A DNA stretch of 15,868 bases from Candidatus Hodarchaeota archaeon (GTDB taxonomy: Archaea > Asgardarchaeota > Heimdallarchaeia > Hodarchaeales > Hodarchaeaceae), in the NCBI GenBank assembly GCA_016839785.1, contig JAEOTQ010000175.1, forward strand, positions 1-15,868, read 5' to 3'. A program made the position numbers and the translations under genes. Each line of letters starts with the position of its first letter. Position 1 is the stretch's first letter. Of this stretch, positions 1 through 8,915 are shown piece after piece. The notes below the pieces were generated by a model. It worked only from the letters and a program-made list of their open reading frames with translations. It ran no database searches and was not told the DNA's origin.

Positions 1-171
1 AAAGGCCAGGAAGCTTTTGTCGATATCTGATGTGATATTATGAAACAATTGAAGGCGCATATTTGGTGCCCAAATGGTATTCTTATTGTCACACAACACT
101 ATTTTATGTAAACCAAAAATTCCTTACAATTCCTGGGTGTATAGGAAAAGAATCGGAGGTTTTTAAGAAAA

Positions 172-315
172 TTGTTTTGCGACGAATGCGGTACTGTCTT
201 ATCCCCGCCTAAAGATGCTGATAGCCTTGGTGTTTGCGTGAATTGTCAAAAACGTGAACTCGCGGCATCAGAAGAGCAATTATTGGTAGAAAAAGCCAGT
301 GAGGTACGAGCATGA
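172..315 (+). CDS. Small zinc-ribbon protein (47 aa, CxxC-x15-CxxC); not in the supplied ORF track
   Basis: Manual translation from TTG at 172: MFCDECGTVLSPPKDADSLGVCVNCQKRELAASEEQLLVEKASEVRA*. SD-like GGAGGT at 155-160. The stop TGA (313-315) overlaps the ATG of the next gene (ATGA). Confidence 0.7.
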   Translation: MFCDECGTVLSPPKDADSLGVCVNCQKRELAASEEQLLVEKASEVRA

Positions 316-518
316 GAAATGATCCGAGGTATTGTTCGGTGTGTAATAAACTCCTCTTACGACAGGATTTATTCGGTTATGTGCTTTTAACATCCTGTGA
401 CAGCTGTACAGAAATTATTCATGAAAGCTGCTACCTAGAACATCATAAAATTATGCATAACTTGATTGCCCTTGTAGTTGAAGAAGAGGAGATCGAAGCT
501 GAGTATTACAGACACTAA
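312..518 (+). CDS. Small Cys/His-rich zinc-finger protein (PHD/RING-like ligand spacing) with an acidic tail
   Basis: C8-x2-C11-x17-C29-x2-C32-x4-H37-x2-C40-x3-H44-H45-x3-H49. GAGGT SD at 301-305. ATGA coupling to the upstream ORF. Confidence 0.75.
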   Translation: MRNDPRYCSVCNKLLLRQDLFGYVLLTSCDSCTEIIHESCYLEHHKIMHNLIALVVEEEEIEAEYYRH

Positions 519-554
519 TTGTGCCTTGGATCATTTCGAGTGGTAAATCCCGTT

Positions 555-1700
555 TCAGGGCATCCAATCGAGTAGTTTCGGATACCCAACCTCTGCAAAT
601 TCCTTTTTTAATAAGGTAATTTTTTCAAAGATAGCCGTCTTCAACCCGTCAATCTGGAGATCGGTTACGATTTTTTCAAGCTTAGGTTGGATATTTTTTA
701 ATCCTGCGGTCAACCGTGCGTACTCATTTGGTTGTTGTATTTCTGTGAGTATTTCATTTGTATACATTGGGATTTCTGCATTTAATCCTCCAGAAAGAAC
801 TTTTAACCCTTGAGTCTCAGAAAGAGAGTCAGGATTCATGCACAATTTTACTAATTGGGTGAACGCCTCTCTGTAGGGATGGAAAATGTTGCGTGCAACC
901 ACGCCTCTGAGATACATCTGTTTTGTTTGCTCAGCTTGAAATAATGCAAACGGAATCGTGGTCATTAATTCGGTCATAAGTAGATCTTTGGAACTTACAA
1001 GTGATTCTGCCGTTTGTGCTTTGTCATACATGTCCATTGGGAGCACAATTCCACTTATTTCCCGATAATCTGTAATTACCTCTCCCGGACTTAACCGAAA
1101 TTGAACATAGTACACACCCACTCCACTTAGAAACATAAATGGCTCTCCTTTGGTTTCTTCAAAACCTGTGAGGGCAAAGTCGGGAAGAAAAATAACATTA
1201 TCATGTATAATTTCATAAACTGGCTGATTCAGATAAAATCCGTTGAAGGGGCCCGTACCAAGGAGTTTACCCCAAGATGGAATTAATATAATTTGTTTAA
1301 GTTGCTCAATTCCTCCATCGCCGACTACATCATAAGAAGGGACTTGACCCGCATCATCATATATTTCGAGTCTTGCTTGTAGGTACGCATCTGTCTCTTC
1401 TTGTTCCTGCTCTTTCTTGCTTTGAGACTTTCTACGAATCATTTTATCTAGCTCCCCTCGTCTTGCATCAATTTTCGTCTTTACATCTACAAGAAACTGA
1501 TCTCTTAACGTATTGTAGCCATTATCATGTAGATAATTTTTATATTCGTTAAGAGTTACTCCAGATGCGGGATCGAAATTACCCAATCTTTCAAAATATG
1601 GAGTAATTGTTTTAAGGAGTCTTTTTTCTAGAATAATCTTTTTTAATTCTTCTCCAAGCTCCCGCGGAGTACCAGAATTCTTTTTTTTACCTTCAGTCAT
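555..1700 (-). CDS. Hypothetical protein (~381 aa), soluble, with a charged coiled-coil-like segment
   Basis: Long open frame (the track gives 555..1772 from TTG). ATG at 1700 (MTEGKKK...) is preceded by an SD-like GAGGG and is the more likely start. No family motif recognised. Confidence 0.75.
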   Translation of the reverse strand: MTEGKKKNSGTPRELGEELKKIILEKRLLKTITPYFERLGNFDPASGVTLNEYKNYLHDNGYNTLRDQFLVDVKTKIDARRGELDKMIRRKSQSKKEQEQEETDAYLQARLEIYDDAGQVPSYDVVGDGGIEQLKQIILIPSWGKLLGTGPFNGFYLNQPVYEIIHDNVIFLPDFALTGFEETKGEPFMFLSGVGVYYVQFRLSPGEVITDYREISGIVLPMDMYDKAQTAESLVSSKDLLMTELMTTIPFALFQAEQTKQMYLRGVVARNIFHPYREAFTQLVKLCMNPDSLSETQGLKVLSGGLNAEIPMYTNEILTEIQQPNEYARLTAGLKNIQPKLEKIVTDLQIDGLKTAIFEKITLLKKEFAEVGYPKLLDWMP

Positions 1701-1843
1701 CGGTTGTCCCTCAACTAATCTTATAGTGAATCTACCATATTTAGGATTTATGAACCTATTCAATTGTCTCAATAAGAAATTTTATATCGAGAACATCTGA
1801 GCTTGCATGTAAAGTGTTTTAAGTTATATCTGAGGTTGCAGGA

Positions 1844-2620
1844 ATGCTCGATCAAGAAACTATTAGAATTGTTCAGGAAAGGGCAAACAACATCTGGCCT
1901 GCTGAATCCTCATACTTGATTAAAGGCTGGATCTTACGCATTAACAAAGGAGTAACATGGAGAGCGAATTCTGTTCTTCCCCTAAATTATTGGGGAAAAA
2001 ATCTTCTTAATGATATCACTAAGGTTGAAGAAATTTACAGACAATATAATTTCTCCTCTAAATTTATGCTACATGATCAACACGCACCCTCAGATTTATA
2101 TTCTACTCTTATTGACCTATCCTATCAACCTGTAATGCCAACAGACGTTATGGGTAAAAAAATCAGCGAGATAAAGATTGAAGAGATAGATCATTCCTAT
2201 ACCTATGATTACTACCTTCAACGTACCCCAGAATGGTATTCAAATTTATCTAGACTTAGTCCTAGACGATCGCCTTACAAGATGAAGGTGATTGGTGAGA
2301 TAATGGATCGAGTAGCTATACCTAGAAAGAAATATTTCTTTTCAACTCTTGGTTCAGAGATGGTAGGCGTTGTTCTAGCAGTCATTGATGATAACTTTCT
2401 AGGGATTATGAATTTAGCAGTTGACCCCAAACATCGTAATAAAGGAATAGCAACTAATCTAGTATCACAAACTGTCGAATGGGGTAAATCTATTGGGACA
2501 GAATATATATTTCTTCAAGTAGAAAAATCTAATTCTTCAGCAAGAAATCTATATGTTAAAATTGGATTGGAAGATTGGTATACGTACACTTATTACGAAA
2601 AAGAATTTGCTACTGAGTGA
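1844..2620 (+). CDS. GNAT family N-acetyltransferase
   Basis: C-terminal motif A (NLAVDPKHRNKGIAT) and motif B (LQVEKSNSSARNLYVKIG). N-terminal GWILR..GVTWRANSVLP is typical of a known GNAT subfamily. GAGGT SD just upstream. Confidence 0.9.
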   Translation: MLDQETIRIVQERANNIWPAESSYLIKGWILRINKGVTWRANSVLPLNYWGKNLLNDITKVEEIYRQYNFSSKFMLHDQHAPSDLYSTLIDLSYQPVMPTDVMGKKISEIKIEEIDHSYTYDYYLQRTPEWYSNLSRLSPRRSPYKMKVIGEIMDRVAIPRKKYFFSTLGSEMVGVVLAVIDDNFLGIMNLAVDPKHRNKGIATNLVSQTVEWGKSIGTEYIFLQVEKSNSSARNLYVKIGLEDWYTYTYYEKEFATE

Positions 2621-2784
2621 AAGAATTCAGAACTCCTCCTATTCTGTTTACCAACACCATTGAGAATATAAAGAGAGTAAGGAATCCTCAACAAGTCACA
2701 ATCAATAGGGTTTTTGACAAATGGGGTATTTTCGTATACTCCCATGATTCTTAAGTTTAGTACACCGATGTTAGATGAATAAAG

Positions 2785-5700
2785 ATGTCACAGAAAAGTC
2801 CATTCTCCAATGAGAACTCTCAGTATATCCGAATATTAACACGTACACGGGAAGATTTTGATCGTCTTGCACGTTGTTATAATTCATTTAAAGACCCTGA
2901 AAGTTGGCCAGAGGGTTTTGGAGGATCAAGAATCTTCACAGGAGATTTAATCGCGAAAGAAATGAAAGAACAGGACTTAGCTGGACATTTTATTGCTATT
3001 GCACCTGATAACCCAGACAAGATAGTCGGTGTCTCTTTTGTTGGAAAATCCTGGAATAGTCCCAATGCATACTATGTTCAGCTTTTGGGGGTTGATCCGG
3101 CATATCAGGGACAAAAACTTGGTAAAGTGCTTCTTTCGCGTTCTACACAATACGTTACAAAGCTAAATGCAGATATGATTTCTTTACATACATGGGGTGG
3201 AAATTTAAAAGCAATGCCATTGTATAAGCGCCAAGGTTACAAGTGGAGACCCGATACATCAGTATATATGGAGAATTATCTACCCCAAATACTCAATTTC
3301 ACTTATTTCAAAGATTTTTTCTCAAAACTTTCTAATAAATCATGGTATGATTCGTTTTCTCCTAAGATAGATCAGGAACCCAATAATACTCTTGAAGATC
3401 AAATGCAGATATATGATTATACATTTGATGGTGAAAATCAAAGCCTGACTACATGGATTGATCGAGCAATAGGGAAAATATGTGGATTTCATATTCGTAC
3501 TCCAGATAGCGATTTTATGATCAAAGCTCATACATCTAATTCTAGAGCATTTGTTGGATCTGAAGAGTTTACCATAACCCTCACTGTTACTAATACTTCA
3601 AAATCTGACATAAAACTAGATTTTGCTATATTTTCCTCAACCAAATTTGAAATTCAACCCCTAGAACAGAAAAATTCACTTAGAATAGTTGCAGATAGTT
3701 CAAAAACACTAGAACTTCGAGCTAAATTTCTTTTCGATACTGATGAGCTTGATACGAAGGTTCATACCCATACGTTAACTGAACATGGTATTACATTTAA
3801 TATTACGCACAATGATATCACATTTCCCTTGACAGTAGGCAAAATTCCAGTTAAAGCTGTCAAGATAAACTCTTATCCCGTTAATTTTACATCGATTCCA
3901 AATCGCAACATTAATCTACCGTTATCGCTTCAAAACAATGTGGGGGAAGAATTTGAGGTACAGGTTGAAGTCAAAAATGGTAAGAAGATTATCTTCTCTC
4001 CATCACAAAAAATTGTACAACTCCAAAAATATGATTCATTAGTTGAATTTCGTGCAGAGATAGGGTCAACATCTAGTTCAGTTGACTATTTTGAAGCGAT
4101 GATAAAAAATGCAAGAGGAAACCTCATTGTCAAAGAAAAAATCCCAATAATCATCTTCAATGAGAGCAAATCATTGTCTTATGAATTGAATCAACAAATC
4201 TTTGTTGAAAATAAACATATTCGCATCGTGATCTTCAAACGAGCTCATCCAGGTAGCAATGAGGTCTTTATCACCGACAAACTGCGAAAATTACAAATTT
4301 TTGGCCTGCCTATTGTTCTTGGTTATCCTTTTGACATCGAAGGATCCGAATTTTATAATATAACGCATGAACATCAAATCAATCAAGGTGATACAGGAAT
4401 TTGGTTAGTTAGTTCAGCCAAATCCGATTTGAAACGAGGAATAGTAGTTACACGAAAAATTTTTCTTCCAAATGATGGCTACACCCTTTCTGTTGTGTGG
4501 GAAGTCACGAATAACTCTGGTAAAGAATATAGTGAACTCGGAGTTGTGAATCACATGTATTGGTGGCCTTCAACTATTTCCCTTCGTAATCGTGTTCTTC
4601 CTTTAAAATCTGGCCTTAAACAGTTGGATATGACTGCGTTTCCTGTCGATTTAGGTAATGATCCTTCACTATTCAATGAAGGTTGGCAAGCCACTGTATA
4701 CCGAACGGGTTCATTAGGAATCCTTTTTGACATTGCTTCGATTGATAAGATTACAATTGGACGAGCTCAACCTAATATAGATATTAGAATTCCAAAATTA
4801 GCGATAGGAGAACAATTTCAAACCAAACCAATCTTTTTAACATTTACAGAGAACTGGCAAGCAGTAAGGATGAAATGGCTAGAGCAATATAAACCATCTC
4901 CAGAGTATGAGGTCGAATATTCACGTGAACCTACATCATTAAAGCAAATAGGATTACGTAACCCAGATGAGGGAGACACTATCGCACGGGGCATATTTAT
5001 TGATCCTGAAAAGGGGGGTCTAGAGATAGCTATTGATACATTAAAGGAAACTACCTTTAAGGGTTCCCTTGATTTAGAATTCAACACCATTCCATCAAAT
5101 TTTCATGTAGATCTTCCAGACAAAAAAGATCGGTCTTTTAAACAGAAAATCGATCTGGAAATTCCCAAAAATAACCATATTCTAGGAGGAAAACTGAAAT
5201 TTGACTCTTTAACACGAATTTTTGATTTTCCAGTAGCCATGGGTGTATTTGATTCCTCAAAACACGTTTCAGTAAGACATGATGATACAGACAAAGTTTT
5301 TATTGTTGAAAACGGCTTTTTAACCTTCAAAGGGAGTGAAGACTATAGAGGAAACGTCTTTCATTTATCACTTGGCCAAAAAGGAGAAAACCTCCTCCAC
5401 ACTGGTTCAGTACCGTTCCCTGAAGTTAAACCTTTTCTGTGGTACAATCAGTTTTTTGGCGGGATTGGAACTATTCTCCAACCTGAAGGTATGCGCGATC
5501 TCGAGAACTTTAATAAGCTCTCTTTTACCTATTATCAGGCTACTGTCGGAAAGTGGAAAGGAATCGGTTTTAAATCAAGCATTATCGACTATTCACCAAA
5601 AATAAAGGGTATCCAATTGGCTACGGAATACTTAACTCTTCCAAACTCTCCCTTCTTACTTGTACAGACCCATGTGTACAACCACTCTCAGATAACACGT

Positions 5701-6138
5701 AAATTCTCCCTCCAAATCGAGGGAAAATTGAAGACTTCAAAGACGAGTGACGATGTGTTTTATTTAGAAGATAAAAGATCCCATCAGAACTATTTGAAAT
5801 ATAAGCTTCAAAACTGGGAAAGTACTGTATGGCTTGAAAAAGACCCTCAACCCAAATGGACCGCTTATAAAAGAAAGGATTCCAATTTTTATATGGCAGC
5901 TGTTCAACCTACGACAAATATGAATGAGTATATTTATCCTTACACCCCGAATCTCAAAATTATTATGCTAGATCTAATAACAAACTCGGAGCGAATCCTT
6001 CCCCAACAAAACCTGACTTTTCGGTTATTATTCTTCTTCACAATAAAACTCGAAGATATTGCACCATTCACAAAGTCAAATCTTATAGATTTACTACCCA
6101 CTCAGCAATTATTCCCGTTAAACGAATTGCAGAAGTAA
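2785..6138 (+). CDS. Large multidomain protein: N-terminal GNAT acetyltransferase plus beta-rich (Ig-like / supersandwich-like) C-terminal domains
   Basis: LLGVDPAYQGQKLGKVLL (motif A) and LHTWGGNLKAMPLYKRQGY (motif B) lie in the first ~160 aa. The remaining ~950 aa are beta-strand rich, with no signal peptide or TM helix evident. Confidence 0.85.
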   Translation: MSQKSPFSNENSQYIRILTRTREDFDRLARCYNSFKDPESWPEGFGGSRIFTGDLIAKEMKEQDLAGHFIAIAPDNPDKIVGVSFVGKSWNSPNAYYVQLLGVDPAYQGQKLGKVLLSRSTQYVTKLNADMISLHTWGGNLKAMPLYKRQGYKWRPDTSVYMENYLPQILNFTYFKDFFSKLSNKSWYDSFSPKIDQEPNNTLEDQMQIYDYTFDGENQSLTTWIDRAIGKICGFHIRTPDSDFMIKAHTSNSRAFVGSEEFTITLTVTNTSKSDIKLDFAIFSSTKFEIQPLEQKNSLRIVADSSKTLELRAKFLFDTDELDTKVHTHTLTEHGITFNITHNDITFPLTVGKIPVKAVKINSYPVNFTSIPNRNINLPLSLQNNVGEEFEVQVEVKNGKKIIFSPSQKIVQLQKYDSLVEFRAEIGSTSSSVDYFEAMIKNARGNLIVKEKIPIIIFNESKSLSYELNQQIFVENKHIRIVIFKRAHPGSNEVFITDKLRKLQIFGLPIVLGYPFDIEGSEFYNITHEHQINQGDTGIWLVSSAKSDLKRGIVVTRKIFLPNDGYTLSVVWEVTNNSGKEYSELGVVNHMYWWPSTISLRNRVLPLKSGLKQLDMTAFPVDLGNDPSLFNEGWQATVYRTGSLGILFDIASIDKITIGRAQPNIDIRIPKLAIGEQFQTKPIFLTFTENWQAVRMKWLEQYKPSPEYEVEYSREPTSLKQIGLRNPDEGDTIARGIFIDPEKGGLEIAIDTLKETTFKGSLDLEFNTIPSNFHVDLPDKKDRSFKQKIDLEIPKNNHILGGKLKFDSLTRIFDFPVAMGVFDSSKHVSVRHDDTDKVFIVENGFLTFKGSEDYRGNVFHLSLGQKGENLLHTGSVPFPEVKPFLWYNQFFGGIGTILQPEGMRDLENFNKLSFTYYQATVGKWKGIGFKSSIIDYSPKIKGIQLATEYLTLPNSPFLLVQTHVYNHSQITRKFSLQIEGKLKTSKTSDDVFYLEDKRSHQNYLKYKLQNWESTVWLEKDPQPKWTAYKRKDSNFYMAAVQPTTNMNEYIYPYTPNLKIIMLDLITNSERILPQQNLTFRLLFFFTIKLEDIAPFTKSNLIDLLPTQQLFPLNELQK

Positions 6139-6216
6139 TCAAGACATCGAATTTCTGAGAGGAAGCTATTTTGAGCTTCCCAACTTTTCCAGAAATATCT
6201 TACTACACGACTTGTT

Positions 6217-6966
6217 ATGGGTGAAATCATGCAATCAAACAACAAAGTGGCTATAGTCACTGGTGCTTCGAAAGGAATTGGAAGAGCAATCAGTTATAAG
6301 CTCGCATCATTAAATATTGATTTAGTTTTGGCTTCCAGGAATTCATCTCACTTAGAGAATGTAAAAAAGGAAATTTTAGACTTAGGATCAGGAAAAGTGT
6401 CCATTCTTGCGACTGATGTAACAAAAGAGGAAGATATTAAGAAACTCGTTGAAAAAACAATAACCCGATTTGGACATATCGATATCTTAGTAAATACTGC
6501 AGGTGTCGGGAAATTCAAACGAATTGATGACTTTACTCTTGATGATTATAATTCATTATTTGACGTCAATGTGAAAGGATTATTTTTACTCACAAAATAC
6601 GTCGTTCCTCACCTTATATCTCAAAAATCAGGACACATTATTAATATCAGTAGTATAGCTGGTAAAAATGGATTTAAAAGCGGAACATTATATTCAGCCT
6701 CCAAACATGCCGTACAAGGATTCACGTGGTCTTTAAGAGAAGATGTAAAGGAATATGGGATTAAAGTAACCGCAGTGTGTCCTGGAAGTGTAGTAACAAG
6801 ATTTGGTGGGAAAGAAGTCGATCAAGTGGAGTGGTCTTTAGAGCCTGAAGACGTTGCCCATGCAATTGGTTATCTCGTCACTGAATCAGACTCAGTTAAT
6901 ACTGCTGAGATAGTCATTAAACCACGTTACAATCCTCGATCTGTTAACTGGGAATTAAGAGTTTAA
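6217..6966 (+). CDS. Classical short-chain dehydrogenase/reductase, probably NADP(H)-dependent
   Basis: TGASKGIG, ASRN (basic residue after beta2, implying NADP preference), NTAG, NISS and catalytic YSASK. An alternative start is at 6229. Confidence 0.92.
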   Translation: MGEIMQSNNKVAIVTGASKGIGRAISYKLASLNIDLVLASRNSSHLENVKKEILDLGSGKVSILATDVTKEEDIKKLVEKTITRFGHIDILVNTAGVGKFKRIDDFTLDDYNSLFDVNVKGLFLLTKYVVPHLISQKSGHIINISSIAGKNGFKSGTLYSASKHAVQGFTWSLREDVKEYGIKVTAVCPGSVVTRFGGKEVDQVEWSLEPEDVAHAIGYLVTESDSVNTAEIVIKPRYNPRSVNWELRV

Positions 6967-7107
6967 ATACTGTCCTTAAAGGATGGAAATAACCTTTACA
7001 TGAAAATGAAAATATTTCCTTAAATATTTACTTAAACAAAAGTAAATTTCTTCCTAAGAATTCATATAAGGGAAGTAGAAGTAAACTCAATCATCGTGTA
7101 ACTGAAT

Positions 7108-7137
7108 CCAAAAAAGCGTACCTGTAAACTATATAAT
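7108..7137 (+). promoter_or_regulatory. Candidate regulator-binding site CCAAAAAAGCGTACCT followed by a TATA-like box (TATATAAT, 7130-7137)
   Basis: 14/16 identical to 8814-8829. It lies ~100 nt upstream of the wHTH gene start. Confidence 0.55.
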
Positions 7138-7220
7138 TGACAATATCACAAATACCCTTTGATTAAGAGCAATAAAGTGTAGATCGAAAAATTAAGAAGG
7201 AATTAATCAGGCGAAATCTA

Positions 7221-8726
7221 GTGAATAGAATCAGTAAGAGCACAATCATACCAATTATGCTGTGTTTTCTATTATTTGCGATGTTTTCTATGGCTACAAC
7301 TAAAGCAGTCCCATTTGAGGATCTCAGTCAACCAAAATTCTTATTTCTTACAAATAACAATGCTGATCACGAGATAGCATTAGCTGTAAATCAAACGATG
7401 AATCTTAATGCCACTATAGTCGATATTAAAACAAAGGAGAATTTAAATCAGCTATTTCTTGCTGGAAATTATTTTGAAACTTACGATTCAATCATTCTCA
7501 TCCTAAATCAGATTACTAATCCATTAGATGCCTCCCTTACAACTGACCTGATTGATTTTGTTAGTCAAGGAAAGATGTTTGGCATTATTTCAACCCAGAT
7601 TTGGAGATTTAACTCATCTTTTCATTCTTTAATGGGTTTAGAAATCACCACTCAGGGACAAAAAGAATATCCAATGGGTAATATTTCAGATTCCATAGAA
7701 ATCTCAATCACCAATGATACCTTATTAACAGATCCATTCCAATACACCGAAAATACCTCTCTTTTACTGGATGGAGGAGTAGGCCTAGCCCAATCCACAA
7801 CCTTAGCGTATCAGGTAGCCAGAAGTTCTAATCCTCCGCATGGAGATACTAGCCTGAACGCGTTCGAATATAAAACAGGATTTATCATTGCATTGCCTTT
7901 ATCCCCAATAGATATTTCTCCATCTTTATCAAGTTTATCTCAGTTTGTTACTTCTCTCACGAATTCAGGATTAGAAGTGTTAGAGAGGAATCAGATATTA
8001 AATCAAAATAGTGAAACAACTGCCTCCCCAGATAGGATATTATTTCTTTTTTCAAATGAAGATCTAGAGATTGGAATTGCTTTCAGCGCTCTATCAATTT
8101 TGTTTGTGGGACTAGCTTATTTTGTATCACAATTAGTGTTTAAACCTAAGTTAAATATTGATCTTCCCAAAGATAAGACGTTGCTTTCTTTTCTTCTTTC
8201 ACCAATTTTCTTTATTGGTCAAATCCTTTACCCTCCTATTGTTAGACGTATAGATTCCTATGATGTTTTAGATAACGAATATCGTGGTCAAATTTTAACT
8301 ATTTTAGATGACAGGGAATTTTTACATTTTAGAGAACTTAAAAGGGAATTAAGCATTGGTACGTCAAGTCTCAGATGGCATTTACAGGTCCTTGAAGATT
8401 TTCGACTAATTGATCGTCAAGTATTTGGACAATATGAGATTTATTATTTAATTCGAAGGATTCCTGAATCGGGATTTTTAGAATTGTATTTCTCAATCAT
8501 CTCTGGGGGAGGATATCGAATAGCTCAAGCTTTCTCACGTGTTAATTCTTGGGAATTAAGTGCTCTTGCGGAATATTTAGGACAATCAAAGGAAGCCGTA
8601 CGGTATCATTTAAAGAAATTAGAACAAATAAATTTAATTCGGTGTAAAGAAAGTAAATATGTTCTTAATTCTCAAAAAGTATCAATGTTGAAGTCTGCGC
8701 TTGAAAGAAGAAGTAAATCAAACTAG
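7221..8726 (+). CDS. Membrane-anchored transcriptional regulator: signal peptide, ectodomain, TM segment(s), two winged-HTH (ArsR-like / COG3398-type) domains
   Basis: Hydrophobic N-terminus (aa ~9-29). Six N-x-S/T sequons, all in aa 57-180. TM at aa ~284-307 and a second hydrophobic stretch at aa 321-340. wHTH1 is LHFRELKRELSIGTSSLRWHLQVLEDFRLI; wHTH2 is LSALAEYLGQSKEAVRYHLKKLEQINLI. GTG start. Confidence 0.85.
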   Translation: MNRISKSTIIPIMLCFLLFAMFSMATTKAVPFEDLSQPKFLFLTNNNADHEIALAVNQTMNLNATIVDIKTKENLNQLFLAGNYFETYDSIILILNQITNPLDASLTTDLIDFVSQGKMFGIISTQIWRFNSSFHSLMGLEITTQGQKEYPMGNISDSIEISITNDTLLTDPFQYTENTSLLLDGGVGLAQSTTLAYQVARSSNPPHGDTSLNAFEYKTGFIIALPLSPIDISPSLSSLSQFVTSLTNSGLEVLERNQILNQNSETTASPDRILFLFSNEDLEIGIAFSALSILFVGLAYFVSQLVFKPKLNIDLPKDKTLLSFLLSPIFFIGQILYPPIVRRIDSYDVLDNEYRGQILTILDDREFLHFRELKRELSIGTSSLRWHLQVLEDFRLIDRQVFGQYEIYYLIRRIPESGFLELYFSIISGGGYRIAQAFSRVNSWELSALAEYLGQSKEAVRYHLKKLEQINLIRCKESKYVLNSQKVSMLKSALERRSKSN

Positions 8727-8813
8727 TAACCTGAATCCTATACCTGTCTGAGCGGATTTCTATTGCTAGATATAGAATGTTGTATATGTGAATATCGTAA
8801 AACGGAAAATTCC

Positions 8814-8843
8814 CCAAAAAAGTGTTCCTCAAAGAATTAATAA
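8814..8843 (+). promoter_or_regulatory. Second copy of the candidate site CCAAAAAAGTGTTCCT followed by a TATA-like box (ATTAATAA, 8836-8843)
   Basis: 14/16 identical to 7108-7123, with the same 6-nt gap to an AT-only box. It lies ~87 nt upstream of ATG 8916. Confidence 0.55.
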
Positions 8844-8915
8844 GGTGGAGATTCTAAGCTACTTGACCTAATTCATTGTATAAGAATTAAGTTCAATAAA
8901 ATCGTGTGAATAAAA

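Noticed and set aside
1-120. Possible gene ends at the left edge (+ KGQEAFVDI* at 1-30; - MRLQLFHNITSDIDKSFLAF from 60)
   Set aside because: Too short to decide between them without flanking sequence.
1701-1772. TTG-started N-terminal extension of the hypothetical gene given by the ORF track
   Set aside because: ATG at 1700 has an SD-like GAGGG, and the extension would shrink the divergent promoter region to ~70 bp.
2877-5605. Short ORFs 2877..3065, 3340..3531, 4551..4733, 4818..5090, 5103..5330 (-) and 5336..5605 (+)
   Set aside because: All are nested within the 1117-aa GNAT gene, antisense or out of frame, with no motifs. They are shadow ORFs.
7098-8747. GTAAC(C)TGAATCC...TACCTGT similarity flanking the wHTH gene (7098-7125 vs 8726-8747)
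   Set aside because: The spacing between blocks differs (9 vs 2 nt), and the first copy overlaps the better 16-bp motif. It may be chance and does not support a target-site duplication.
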